DNA from: Octopus sinensis
Taxonomy: Eukaryota
DNA: 58,184 nt
NCBI RefSeq assembly: GCF_006345805.1
Contig: NW_021834820.1
Location: 1-58,184, forward strand
Reading direction: 5' to 3'
The notes beneath the pieces are model-generated. The model saw only the letters and a program-made list of their open reading frames with translations, did no database searches and was not told where the DNA came from. The position numbers and the translations under genes were made by a program. Within the stretch, counting starts at the first letter, position 1; every line of letters begins with the position of its first letter. This document shows positions 25,624 through 37,769 of the stretch, piece by piece.

Positions 25624-26967
25624 TTTCTTTTTCTTTTTTTTTTCTTGTGGGGAAATGGGGTGGGTGGGTTCGGTGTCTGTATGGGGAGGGCGGGTCTGAG
25701 TGGTTTTGGATGGGATGGAGTCGGACTGGGGTACCACATCATACTCAGTGTTTCTTCTTTTTTCTCTCTTTCTCCTTCTGCTCTCTGTAGCTTTCCATTC
25801 TTCCTCCTTTTCCTTCCTCCTTTCCTCCGTCTTGTCTTACTCTCTTTTCTCTTCCGTCTCCACAACTGTTTCCTCAGCTATTGTTCTCTGTAGAGGGCAA
25901 TATGCTGTAATGTGGCACTTAAGGGACCACATTTAAAACAACGTGGTACTCTGCCCTCTACCAGCCAAGTTCTCCATACGACATAAGTCTGCTTTCCCCA
26001 CGTCTGACTACGTTCGATGGGTCTGCCATCGAAGGCAAACACATTGGCGATAAAAATAAAATTTTAGACCAGGAAGGAGCTGGAAGCCCGATCATAACTG
26101 CGTCACCATTCACTTTCGGTTGCTCGTAAGTAATCCGCGAGCATACGCCTACGATCTCAGCATTCATAGGAGATGATCATTATTGAGGAGGGGGTGCGGA
26201 ATAAATAATTGGTCAAATATTTCTTTATCGATCTATTTATTGCCATTAATCTTCCCATTTTCTTTCCCTCTCTCTCCTCATTTCTCTCTCTCTCTTTCTC
26301 TCTCTCTCCCTCACACACACACTTTCTCCTTCTAAGACTATGTCTATAGGGAATATATCGTCATCGATACGGTCACAAGCTGTGGCGAAAGGACTTTGAC
26401 AAATTACTCAGTTAATCAATTAGTTAATTAACTAATTATCGAAATGCGGTTAATAAAACTGAAGGTAAACACCAGTGTTTGATCAGTGTTGGTAGAATGA
26501 TCTCTCCAAAATAAAAAAAAGATATTGTTCCGACACACGATTTCACAATAAATATGCAAAACCGTTATAAAAACGTATGCGTGTGTATATATATGCATAT
26601 AACAGGTGTGTATGTGTGTGTGTATGTATGTGTGTGTGTGTGTGTGCAGGCACATACATCTGTACATGTAAGTGCATGAGACATGGCTGTATTTGAGAGA
26701 GAAATAATAGATGGAAATGTTCAATAAGAACATAAACGACGGAGATGACAAAGCAACAGAAGCAATATGAGTAAATTAAATTAATTAGTTAAATAGCTTT
26801 TCCCTGGTAGTATTATTATTTTAACGTCTGACCTTACTATACTCTAGCTCCGGTCTGAATAAAGTAACTATTTTTATTGTCGTCTGTTATTGATGCAATG
26901 GCGACAGCGAGGAACCAACAGCACTTTGTAAAACAGATTAGCTTTCTTGAGTCGCTTGAGACACATA

Positions 26968-27533
26968 TCACCGTGATCACCGTGACCGACCGGGCTATCA
27001 GATGTTGCTATACATCGCTGGTCACAATGCGCTTCGCATTGTTTTAGCCTTCAAATGACGCCAGCCACCCCGCTGGCTAAGCGAGCAGGCCAACAGAAGA
27101 AAGAGTGAGAGAAAGTTGTGGCGAAAGAGTACAGCAGGGATCGCCAACACTCCCTGCTAGAGCCTCGTGGCGCTTTAGGTCTTTTCGCTCAATAAACACT
27201 CACAACGCCCGGTCTGGGAATCGAAACCGTGATCCTACAACCTATTTCTTTACTACCCACAAGGGGCTTCACAGAGAGGACAAACAAGGACAGACAAACG
27301 GAATAAGTCGATCATATCGACCCCAGTGCGTAACTGGTACTTAATTTATCGACCCCGAAAGGATGAAAGGCAAAGTCGACCTCGGCGGAATTTGAACTCA
27401 GAACGTAGCGGCAGACGAAATACGGCTCCGCATTTTCGCCCGGCGTGCTAACGTTTCTGCCAGCTCGCCGCCTACAACCGTGATCCTACAACCGCGAGTC
27501 CGCTGCCCTAACCACTTGCCCATTGCGCCTCCA
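26968..27533 (-). mobile_element. SINE type B, tail iii, interrupted by a type E SINE
   Basis: Reverse-complement match to 33951-34256. Confidence 0.85.
27243..27475 (-). mobile_element. SINE type E nested in SINE type B
   Basis: 18-bp TSD aaccgtgatcctacaacc (27225-27242 and 27476-27493). Confidence 0.9.
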
Positions 27534-27756
27534 CGAAACATATATGCAACAGGAATATTTGACAGTCTCGTTGAAATCGAACCCAGATCACTGTTTTCTA
27601 TACACAAACAACACGAACGCGATTTTCTCAAATAATGCTCACGTCATCAAAATACTGGGCATTATAATTTGTGGTGGAACATGATTCCATCTTCGATGAG
27701 TTTTTTTCTAACAAGAACACCAGTTATATACTAATCGCTTTTTAGCCATTAGACAA

Positions 27757-28144
27757 TGGAGGCGCAATGGCCCAGTGGTTAGGGCAGCGGACTCGCGGTC
27801 ATAGGATCGCGGTTTCGATTCCCAGAGTGTTTCGATTCCCAGAGTGTTTATTGAGCGAAAACACCTAAAGCTCCACAAGGCTCCGGCAGGGATGGTGATG
27901 ATCCCTGCTGTACTCTTTCACCACAACTTTCTCTCACTCTTACTTCCTGTTTCTGTTGTACCTGTATTTCAAAGGGCCGGCCTTGTCACTCTCTTGTGTC
28001 ACGCTGAATATCCCCGAGAACTACGTTAAGGGCACACGTGTCTGTGGAGTGCTCAGCCACTTACACGTTAATTTCACGAGCAGGCTGTTCCGTTGATTCG
28101 GATCAACCGGAACCCTCATCGTCGTAACCGACGGAGTGCTTCCA
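27757..28144 (+). mobile_element. SINE type B, tail i
   Basis: Full head TGGAGGCGCAATGGCCCAGTGGTTAGGGC; TSD of about 32-33 bp. Confidence 0.9.
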
Positions 28145-29727
28145 TATATACTAATCGCTTTTTAGTCATTAGACAATAGAGAGCAGAGAAGCTGACCAAA
28201 AAGTCCGTGAGACAATAACAGAGAACGCTTGACCGTTGCACCAATTGATGACAACGACGATGATGATGATGACAGTGGCGGCCACTGAGCCGAACCAGCT
28301 TAGCGCTAAGGGACAAACAATGGCATCTTCTATACCTGATCCAACAATATTTCTTATAAGCTTTGGACAATCGAAATTGGTGTATAAATCTGTTGTATCG
28401 TTCGTAGTAGCAACATTCCATATTTCTTTATCTTTTACTTGTTCCAGTCATTAGACTGCGGCCATGCTTAGGCACCACTTTGAAGAATTTTAGTTGAACG
28501 AGTCGACCCCAATGTCTAATTTTTCTTTTAAGCCTGGTATTTATTCTATATATCGACTTTTCGGCATAACTACGAACTGTGGATGAATCTCGGCTCAGGA
28601 AACATTTTTCTCTTTTTTCATTTCTTCTCCGTTCTGTCTTCCATATATTTTTCTCTGTCTTTTCTTTATCGAAGAACAAACTGTCTTTTTTATTTTTTTA
28701 TTCTGGCGTGAAACTAGTATTATACTTTGTATTTTTGATATTTGTTTGTGTATGTGCGGTGGGCTGCGGTGGGGGTAATGTCTACCTTGTTCTTGAGACA
28801 TTTCTTTCACCATACTGATGCAGTTCTTGGATTACGATATTCCTTACACATTGGACCCACTCTTAATATTACTGAACATGTAGCTCACCCTGCTAGACAC
28901 AGCAGCCAAATCTCTATGAAATCAAACCCCCTATACTGTCTTCAGAAAGGGTAAGATATATATTGTTGTCACGCATAGCTAGGAAAAAAATAAGATGAGG
29001 TGGTCAAAGATGGAAAGCTTTTGATTACAAATAAAATTAACGACGCCCCATTTATGACTATCCCTTGACCCGTGGCTGAACAACAACAACAGCAACAATA
29101 ACAAAATTGAGGATGTTTCTATACAATCGCATTACCTACGAGAAATAGCAGCCAACATTCTTTGAAATCACTCTTTCTCCTCGCTGTCTTAAAAAAGAGG
29201 ACTTGTTTAAAGTGGGATGGCCATGATTAGAAAGCTTTTGATCAGAGGCCCGATTGATGAGGAATAAAGCTGAGTCAAAACAACATCATATTTGCTGTGA
29301 ATGGGATTATTTTAAACCAGCAGTCCAAATTTATCAGATCAATCTTTAAATCTATGAATTAAGTAATTTCATTACTGAACAGGAATATAATGACTATAAC
29401 TGTTTGGTTGCAAGCAGACGACAACACTGGCTCTATTTAAACTCGTACAATCTCCGCTGTAGATAAACTTCAAAACTATACAGTGTTTGCATAACTTGTA
29501 CAAGTGGCTTGACTAAACAGATTGCATCTGTGTGTCCTTGTGGAAACAAACATGTCCGTGTCTTCATAAATATTAGCAAACAGTTTGATTTACTTTAGAA
29601 TATTGACATTATAGTTAGTATCTTCAATCTGCTAATTTATTAACAGAGAAAATATAAAGGATCTCATCCATCTATCTATCCTAGAAAGCTATCTATCAAG
29701 CTACCTGTTTGTCTGCCTCTCACTCAC

Positions 29728-29782
<55 letters not shown>

Positions 29783-29996
29783 TCGTTTCTACTCTAGGCA
29801 CAAGGCCCGAAATTTTGGGGTAGGGAGCCAGTCGATTAGATCGACCCCAGTACGCAACTGGTACTTAATTTATCGACCCCGAAAGGATGAAAGGCAAAGT
29901 AGACCTCGGCGGAGTTTGAACTCAGAACGTAAAGACAGACAAAATACCGCTAAGCATTTCGCCCAGCGTGCTAACGTTTATGCCAGCTCGCCGCTT
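29783..29996 (-). mobile_element. SINE type E between (TAA)n tracts
   Basis: Family match. Confidence 0.85.
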
Positions 29997-30012
29997 TAAC
30001 AACAACAATAAC

Positions 30013-30066
<54 letters not shown>

Positions 30067-30254
30067 CCACCACCCGCTAATCATTTCTAAAATAGACACA
30101 AGGCCAGATATTTTCGAGAAAAGGATCTGTTGATTTTAGACATATACAGATTGAGAATCCCTTATCCGAAATTTATGGACCATCACTATTGGAGAGTTTC
30201 GATTATTTTTTGAGGGGCAATATCCATTTTGCATTTCATAATATAGTTATACAT

Positions 30255-30411
30255 GCGAGGCTGTGTGGTAAAAAGTTTGCTTTCTAACCTCACGGATCCG
30301 GATTGAGTCCCACTGAGTGGCACCTTAGGCAAGTGTCTTCGACTATAACCTTGGGCTGTCCAAAGCCTTCTGAGTAGATTTGATAGATGGAAATCAATTG
30401 AAAGAAGTCCG

Positions 30412-30480
<69 letters not shown>
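30255..30480 (+). mobile_element. SINE type A, 5' half, ending in (TG)n
   Basis: Head match. Confidence 0.75.
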
Positions 30481-30481
<1 letters not shown>

Positions 30482-30659
30482 ACGATGACGGCTTAACTGG
30501 GCGAAACTTCGAAGCACCTGTCAATACTATTCTTGTTAAAGAACAATAAATTTGTAATCTACAAATATATGGACAAAACTTCAGATAAATGTAAAATTGT
30601 TTTTATTATAAGCGAACATAAAAACAAACATCATTCATATATATATATATATGATAGAT

Positions 30660-30830
30660 TGTCTCTCCTTGTTTCTCTCCTGTTTTTTTTTTTTCTGTGT
30701 CCTTTTCTGTAGAAGAGCGTAGGCTCGAAACGTAAAAGACTTTTTTTAATTCGTGAGCGTTATACTAATACATCTGTTTGTTTTGTACACCACCTGTCTT
30801 CGTCTTTTGTCTTTTTCGTGAACATTCCCT
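30660..30830 (+). mobile_element. Penelope-like pLTR fragment with variant hammerhead (core CTGTAGA, 30703-30738)
   Basis: Reverse-complement match to 4536-4686; lies between (TA)n tracts. Confidence 0.55.
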
Positions 30831-30848
30831 AGATATATATATAATATA

Positions 30849-30910
<62 letters not shown>

Positions 30911-31128
30911 TATATATATCGGCCTCAATACATTTTGTTTATCGATTGATCGACCAAGAAGAATGAAAGACAAAGCTGACCTCGGCGGGTTTTTTAAAAT
31001 CAGCTCAGAACATAAAAGAGTCGGGGGGGGGGGGAAGTACCACAAAACAAAACATGAAGTAGACACTCCAGCCAATCATTTGTCTCCATTACTGTAACTT
31101 CCTGTGATTCTCTCTCTTTCTCCCTTCC

Positions 31129-31177
<49 letters not shown>

Positions 31178-31879
31178 CTCTCTCGTCGTCGTCGTTGCGT
31201 CAATGTTTTCTCTATAAACATCAATAATACGTGAAACAGAAGTGTTTAGTAAGGTTCCAACGCTTACAATAAAACAGCAAAGAAAACACTAATAGACCCA
31301 ACATCGTATCTGTGTATTAACTGTCAACTCCTGTTATCAATCTGCAAAAGATTTTTTTTTTTCCTTTTTATATCTGTGTTGTGGTCTGCTGTATTTATAT
31401 ATGCTAATGGCGGCTGTAGTAATGGCGATTGTGGCGATGGCGGCAGCGACGGCAGCGGCGGCGGTGGTGGAAAGATCTGATGAAGTTGGTGGTGAATTCG
31501 GAGTGAATGGGGGTGGCGATAACGCGGGGTTTTAGTAGTTAGTATGGTGGGCTAGTTGGCTGGCTGGTTGGTAGAATTAAAATCTTTCCAATTAATCTCC
31601 AAGAATCTAGAAAGAAAAAAAACCGACGGAGGGGGCAAAAGATTAATCCTAATCTACTAGTTGTAGTAGTAGTAGGAGGAGAGGAGGAGGAGGAGGAGGA
31701 GTAATGAGGTCGGCAATGGTAATAGTAGTAGTAGTGATGGTGATGGTGATGGTCGTGGCGGTGGTGTAGTGACAACAGTGCAAGTAGCAGTAGAATAGGA
31801 GTGGTGGTGGTGGTGGTGGTAGAGGTGGGAATGTTAGTGTGCTTGGTGATAGTATTGGTGGTAGTTGTATTCTTGTGAT

Positions 31880-31900
31880 GGTGGGAGTTGGTGGTGCTAC

Positions 31901-31956
<56 letters not shown>

Positions 31957-32446
31957 ATGATAGTGGTGATAGGGAGGAGGAGGAGGAGGAGGAGAAAGAA
32001 GAGAGGAGGAGAAAGAAGAAGAAGGAGAAGAAGAAGAAGAAGAAGAAGAGGGGGGAGGAAGAGGAGAAGGAGGTGTGTAGTAATATAAATAGGAATATAG
32101 GGGAATCATTAAAATAGGGAGAAACGTTAGTTTGTGGATCAGGCTGATATAGATCGTGGAGTGGCAGTGTGAGTAGAAAAGGATATAGAAGAAAGGAAGG
32201 AAGGAAAGAAGGAAGGAAAGAAGGAAGGAAGGAAGGAAGGAAGGAAGGAAGAAAGGAAGGAAGGAAGGAAAGAAGAAAGGAAGGAAGGCAGGAAGGAAGG
32301 AAGGAAGAAAGGAAGGAAGGAAAGAAGGAAGGAAGGGAGGAAGAAGGAATGAAGGAAGGAAGGAAGGAAGAAAAAGTAGGTATACATGAGAATAGACAGA
32401 CAGACAGGCAGACAGACAGACAGACAGACGGACGGACGGACGGACG

Positions 32447-32481
<35 letters not shown>

Positions 32482-32494
32482 TGATAGATAGACT

Positions 32495-32540
<46 letters not shown>

Positions 32541-32601
32541 CAGGCAGAGAGATAGAGAAAGAGAGGCAGACAGACAGACAGACGGACAGACAGACAGATA
32601 A

Positions 32602-32658
<57 letters not shown>

Positions 32659-32682
32659 GAGATAGAGAAAGAGAGGCAGACG

Positions 32683-32779
<97 letters not shown>

Positions 32780-32780
32780 T
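31880..32780 (+). repeat. Compound microsatellite: (CTG), (GAT), (GAG), (GAA), (GGAA), (GACA), (GATA)
   Basis: Direct inspection; this explains the 380-aa pseudo-ORF. Confidence 0.95.
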
Positions 32781-33038
32781 TTGGCTAACAAACTGGGTGT
32801 AACCTGTCTAATATTCTGTCTGAAGAGGCATGATGTTCATAGCTTGCCACGTGTCTCTTAAACTTTATAACAACCACTTAAAAAACACTTCGTCGCTCTC
32901 AAAGTACTCTTGGCAAATGAAAGATAACGATAAGACTCCATCTTTTCACGGCCAATCGTGGACAGAAGTCATTCTATACAATATTGATTCAAAATGACGC
33001 AAACTATGCATGTCTGAAAAATATTATATTACAAACTA

Positions 33039-33259
33039 CAGTAATCCCTCGACTATCGCGGGTGCAACGTTCCAAAATCCCTCGCGATAGGTGAAAATCC
33101 GCGAAGTAGAAACAGTACTGTACTGTATTCTATTTTTATTATTTTCATAATTTGTATATATTTATCTTATTATAAATGCAAACCAACACCACAGCGGAAT
33201 CGACGTAAACTTAAATAATAAACTGAGATAGGTGCACGGCTATATAGCGAGGGTCACTG
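33039..33259. mobile_element. pogo/Tigger-type MITE
   Basis: Imperfect TIRs CAGTAATCCCTCG / CGAGGGTCACTG; TA TSD (33037-33038 and 33260-33261). Confidence 0.75.
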
Positions 33260-33706
33260 TACACTTCAGCAATAATAAATGGAAATACAGCGCTAATGTC
33301 AACTAGCAAACACAGTAGTAAATGTTTGATTTCTCTTCTTGTGATAAGAGACTGGGTATTAGGGACGTCACTTATCACCTGACTCTTTGCCAACTTGTCT
33401 TTTGCTTCAACAACTACGCTGAGGATCACTGATGCTAAGCTTGTAGCAAAGTAGATTCACACACGAGATATATATGCAAGTGAGTCGAAATTTCGAAGAC
33501 ATTGTCAACGTTTTCTTTGGTGAAATAAATATCATAGTTTATATAAATATACTGAGTGGTCGTTTAATCAATGGCCATTTAACACTATTAATGAAAGCTT
33601 GGTACATGCTGCTATCGTACATGTATACACACACACACACACAGACGTATGTATGGGTTATGTATGTATATACGTATGTACCTATGTGTGTGTATGCATG
33701 CATGCT

Positions 33707-33748
<42 letters not shown>

Positions 33749-33769
33749 GTGTGTGTGTGTGTGTGTGTG

Positions 33770-33944
33770 TGTGAAGGTGCATGGCTCAGTGGTTAGAGTG
33801 ACTATCTTACGACCATGATGTAGTGAGTTCAATACCGGACCGGGCTGCGTGTTGTGTTCTTGAGCAAGACACTTTTTTTCACGTTGCTCCAGTTCACTCA
33901 GCTGTAGAAATGAGTTGCCAGATCACTGGTGCCAAGTGTATCGG
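33770..33944 (+). mobile_element. SINE type D, 3'-truncated
   Basis: Matches 4737-4912; immediately followed by a type B SINE. Confidence 0.8.
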
Positions 33945-33950
33945 ATTGAG

Positions 33951-34249
33951 TGGAGGCGCAATGGCCTAGTGGTTAGGGCAGCGACACGCGGTCGCAGGAT
34001 CGCGGTTTCGATTCCCAGACGGGCGGTTGTGAGTGTTTATTGAGCGAAAACACCTAAAAAGCTCCACGAGGCTCCGGCAGGGGGGGTGGTGATCCCTGCT
34101 GTACTCTTTCACCACTCTTTCTCCACTCTTTTTCTGTTGGCCTGCTCGCTTAGCCAGCAGGGTGGCGTCATTCGAAGGCTAAAACAAGCGAACGAATTGT
34201 GACCAGCGATGTGTAAACACAAATATGATGGTCTGGTCGGTCACGTGAT

Positions 34250-34256
<7 letters not shown>
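33951..34256 (+). mobile_element. SINE type B, tail iii
   Basis: Type B head with a tail ending ggtcacgtgatcacgtga. Confidence 0.85.
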
Positions 34257-34287
<31 letters not shown>

Positions 34288-34355
34288 GGCGAGAGAGCGA
34301 GAGCCTATATATATAATAAAAACATTGTTTCTACTGCATGTGTATGTGATTTTAT

Positions 34356-34393
<38 letters not shown>

Positions 34394-35153
34394 GTGTTGT
34401 ATATTGTTATCTAATTGTTTCATCTGCAGGAAAGATAGGCGAGGTGGAAAGAGAGAGAGAGAGAGAGGAGGAGAGAGAGAAATTTAACAAAAACAGCAAC
34501 GAAACAACAACAACAACAACAGCGACAACGAAAACCAGACGCAAACATAGAATTTAAATAAAAGGCCAAAAAAAAAATCAAGAAACCTTATTAGATAATA
34601 AAAAGCAACGAACATACAGGCAGACAGATGGAAGCATCTTAGAAAAAAGTCCGCCCTCGCAGAGCCGTTTAATTCAATATCCGACTCTTATCAGACCACA
34701 TGCTTAACCGACATTTTCATCGTCTATGTTTCCGCAGAAGTATTTTCCTGTCCGAAAAGCTATACTTTCTTTCTTCTTTATTGCAAAATAATTCATTTCA
34801 CATTGGCGAACTTTGTTCATCTTTCTTTTTAGTATAGAAACGCCATCTTTGCTAAAATTTCATCTTTATGTTGCGCTTCAAACTATTTCTTTTTTTTGTA
34901 GCAAACTATAAGTTTTTTTTTTCAGTAAGCCATCTGACTGTATTCACTTCATTCGTTCCCTCATTTGCCTCTCTCTTTCTCTTTCTCTCCTCTCTCTCTC
35001 TTTCTTTCTCCCTCTCTCTGTCTCACGCAGAGTTTGGATGCCTTTTTCTATTCCTCTTTGTTTCTTTCTTTCTATCTATTCATACACACACACACACACA
35101 CACACACTAACCTATCTATGTGCATATATATATATATAATCCATTCTTTCTCT

Positions 35154-35236
<83 letters not shown>

Positions 35237-35989
35237 TATATATAATATAGATATATAGAAAATAGTAAAAAGTGAAAAAACTACAGAAGGCTTTAGTTTT
35301 TTCCTTTTTACTATTTTCTATATATTCAACCACGTGTTTCACAAACCAACTTTCTCATCTATATATATATATATAATATATATAATATATATCTATATAT
35401 ATATATATATATATGGAGTGAATGCTGCTCTTCCTTGATTTAAAAATTTTCCAGGTGGTTGAAAAGGGACACAAGAAAGACCTATCGATGCATACTTTAA
35501 AAACTTCAGCTATAACATCTGTTAAGTTTCTTAGAAGGCAGTGAATACAAAGGTGGCCTTTTATATACCAAGGTGCTGCATTATTGTTAATCTAAAGATC
35601 TCATGCTTCATGTAATTACTATTGAAATATTAATTAGAAATAATTATGCAGTGAGTTAAAAGAAATATTAATCAATGCCTGGTATAACATTTTGATAATT
35701 CTTATTGTTATTTTTAATTATTCCTACAAATACGGCTGACACCTCTGGGCGTGTTTCCGTCTTATAAGATCTCCTCAGTCAAGCATAGTTGTACTTGCTT
35801 GCGTAATAGCATCACAGATTTCTAATAGAAGAATGTAAAGGAATATTCTTCGTTGATGTTATTATTTGGCAACGCCAAAACATTACTCTCTTTTTCGCTC
35901 TTTCTTGTACCATGGCCATCATCATCATCATCATTACCTGCAACACAATATCATCATCATCATTAGCAACATAGTCAGTGTCAATACCT

Positions 35990-36225
35990 TTTCAATGGCT
36001 ATTCTTTCGTTATTGGCTTTTGGTGGCGAAATGAGTTCATTATTGCTGCCCTCTTTTCTTCCTTGCCATAATATAGGTCCATGTGGAAGCTTGGTCAGCA
36101 GGTGGTCAAGTTGTTTCTTGAAAGCATCTACCCCATATAGATCTCTCAGATGTTTTGGCTAGGTATTAAATAGCCGTGGGCCCTAAAATCACAAGCTATT
36201 GTAGTACATGGTCGTCACTCTAAGA
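35990..36225 (-). mobile_element. CR1/L2-group LINE 3' fragment abutting the mariner
   Basis: GPRLFNT*PKHLRDLYGVDAFKKQLDHLL resembles CR1-group ORF2 ends. Confidence 0.55.
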
Positions 36226-36227
36226 TA

Positions 36228-36770
36228 TTGGGTTGTCCGGAAAGTTCGTGCCGATTTATAGTAGCTTACCTTTCGGCTTATTTTAGAACATGGTTGAGTC
36301 CATAAAATAGGATTTGACTACACCTCCATTTAGAGCACAGTTTAAGCTATCTTTTCGTGGAAGAAGGTATATGTTCCTATAACCTGTGTTAATTCTGTAA
36401 CCCTTTAAAATGGGAGATAAGAAAGTTCATTTTCGGCACTTGATGCTTTGGGAATCAGACAAAAATTGCTGCAGCTTGGCTGGGATGTGTTACCCCACCC
36501 TCCATATTCACCAGATATTGCTCCTTCGGATTTCCACTTATTCAGGTCTCTGCAGAATAGTCTTAATGGTAAAAATTTCAGTTCCTTGGATGACGTAAAA
36601 AGATACCTTGATGAATTATTTGCCATGAAACCACCTCAATTCTAGGAAGAGGGTATTTTCAAGTTAAAGGAAAGATGGTTCGTATTTGGTTGATTAAAAA
36701 TGTAATGGCAAGTATTTATTGACCTTTTTCTTTCCTTTAAACATCGGCACGAACTTTCCGAACAACCCAA
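36228..36770 (+). mobile_element. Internally deleted mariner transposon
   Basis: 28-bp TIRs ttgggttgtccggaaagttcgtgccgat / atcggcacgaactttccgaacaacccaa, TA TSD, transposase motif LPHPPYSPDIAPSDFHLF. Confidence 0.92.
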
Positions 36771-37262
36771 TAGGATGGCTGGGATCTTTCGAATAGTACA
36801 GGGGTTTGATATATTTCTCGATGCTATAGATGTGTGTTGCGCAGTTTGCATATGCGACGGCGGCGGCAGCAGTGGTGGTGGTGATGGTGGTGGTGGTGGG
36901 ATTTGTGTATATTCGTGTTTACAGCTATATCACAACGATTAAACATCAGCAAAAGACCAGACTTCACCAACACCGTCAACAAATCAACAACGTAAACAAA
37001 ACAGGACAACAACAGTAGCTACAACAACAACAATTGTAACAGTCACAATAAGAGCATCAATAGCATCCAAAACAACAACAACAACAACAACAACGGTAAT
37101 GAAACATGCGCATCTTCAAAGAAAAAATTTGACATTCCATTCTGACCTTAGGAAATTGAAAGGTATTCGTTATAACGTTCTGAAACAGACAATGGCATCG
37201 CCACCAACACTCTCATCATCATCATCATCATCATCATCATCACCATCATCATCACCATCATC

Positions 37263-37294
<32 letters not shown>

Positions 37295-37769
37295 CATCAT
37301 TGTCATCACCATCATTGCCTCTATCATCATCATCATCATTCGCATCATCATCATCATCATCATAGCCATCACCACAAGTGTCACCCCCCCCCACTACTAC
37401 CATCATTATCATCATCACTACCAGTGTTGTCATCATCATTACCACCACCATCATCATCATCATCATCACCATCATTACCACCTGTATCATCATTATCATC
37501 ATCGTCATTCATACTATCCACATCATCATCACTACTACCATCATCATCATCATCATCATCAGTATCGTCATCATTACTCCACCACCACCACCACCACTGT
37601 CACCAATATCAGCATCATCATCATCGTCATACTAATGACAGCAACAACAACAACTTCAACAACAACAACCGTAACTACCGTTGCTGGTAGAAAAGTAACA
37701 AGAAGATGAATAACATCATTTTCGTGGACATGAAAAAAAAGAACAACAAGGTGGATGTAAGAACGAAAG

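Noticed and set aside
25890-25961. Hairpin as a pre-miRNA
   Set aside because: Asymmetric internal loops break the ~22-bp duplex needed; kept only as a possible splice-site structure.
34410-34930. Acceptor at 34428-34429 and donor-like GTAAGC near 34925
   Set aside because: No credible reading frame; a non-coding exon cannot be supported from sequence alone.
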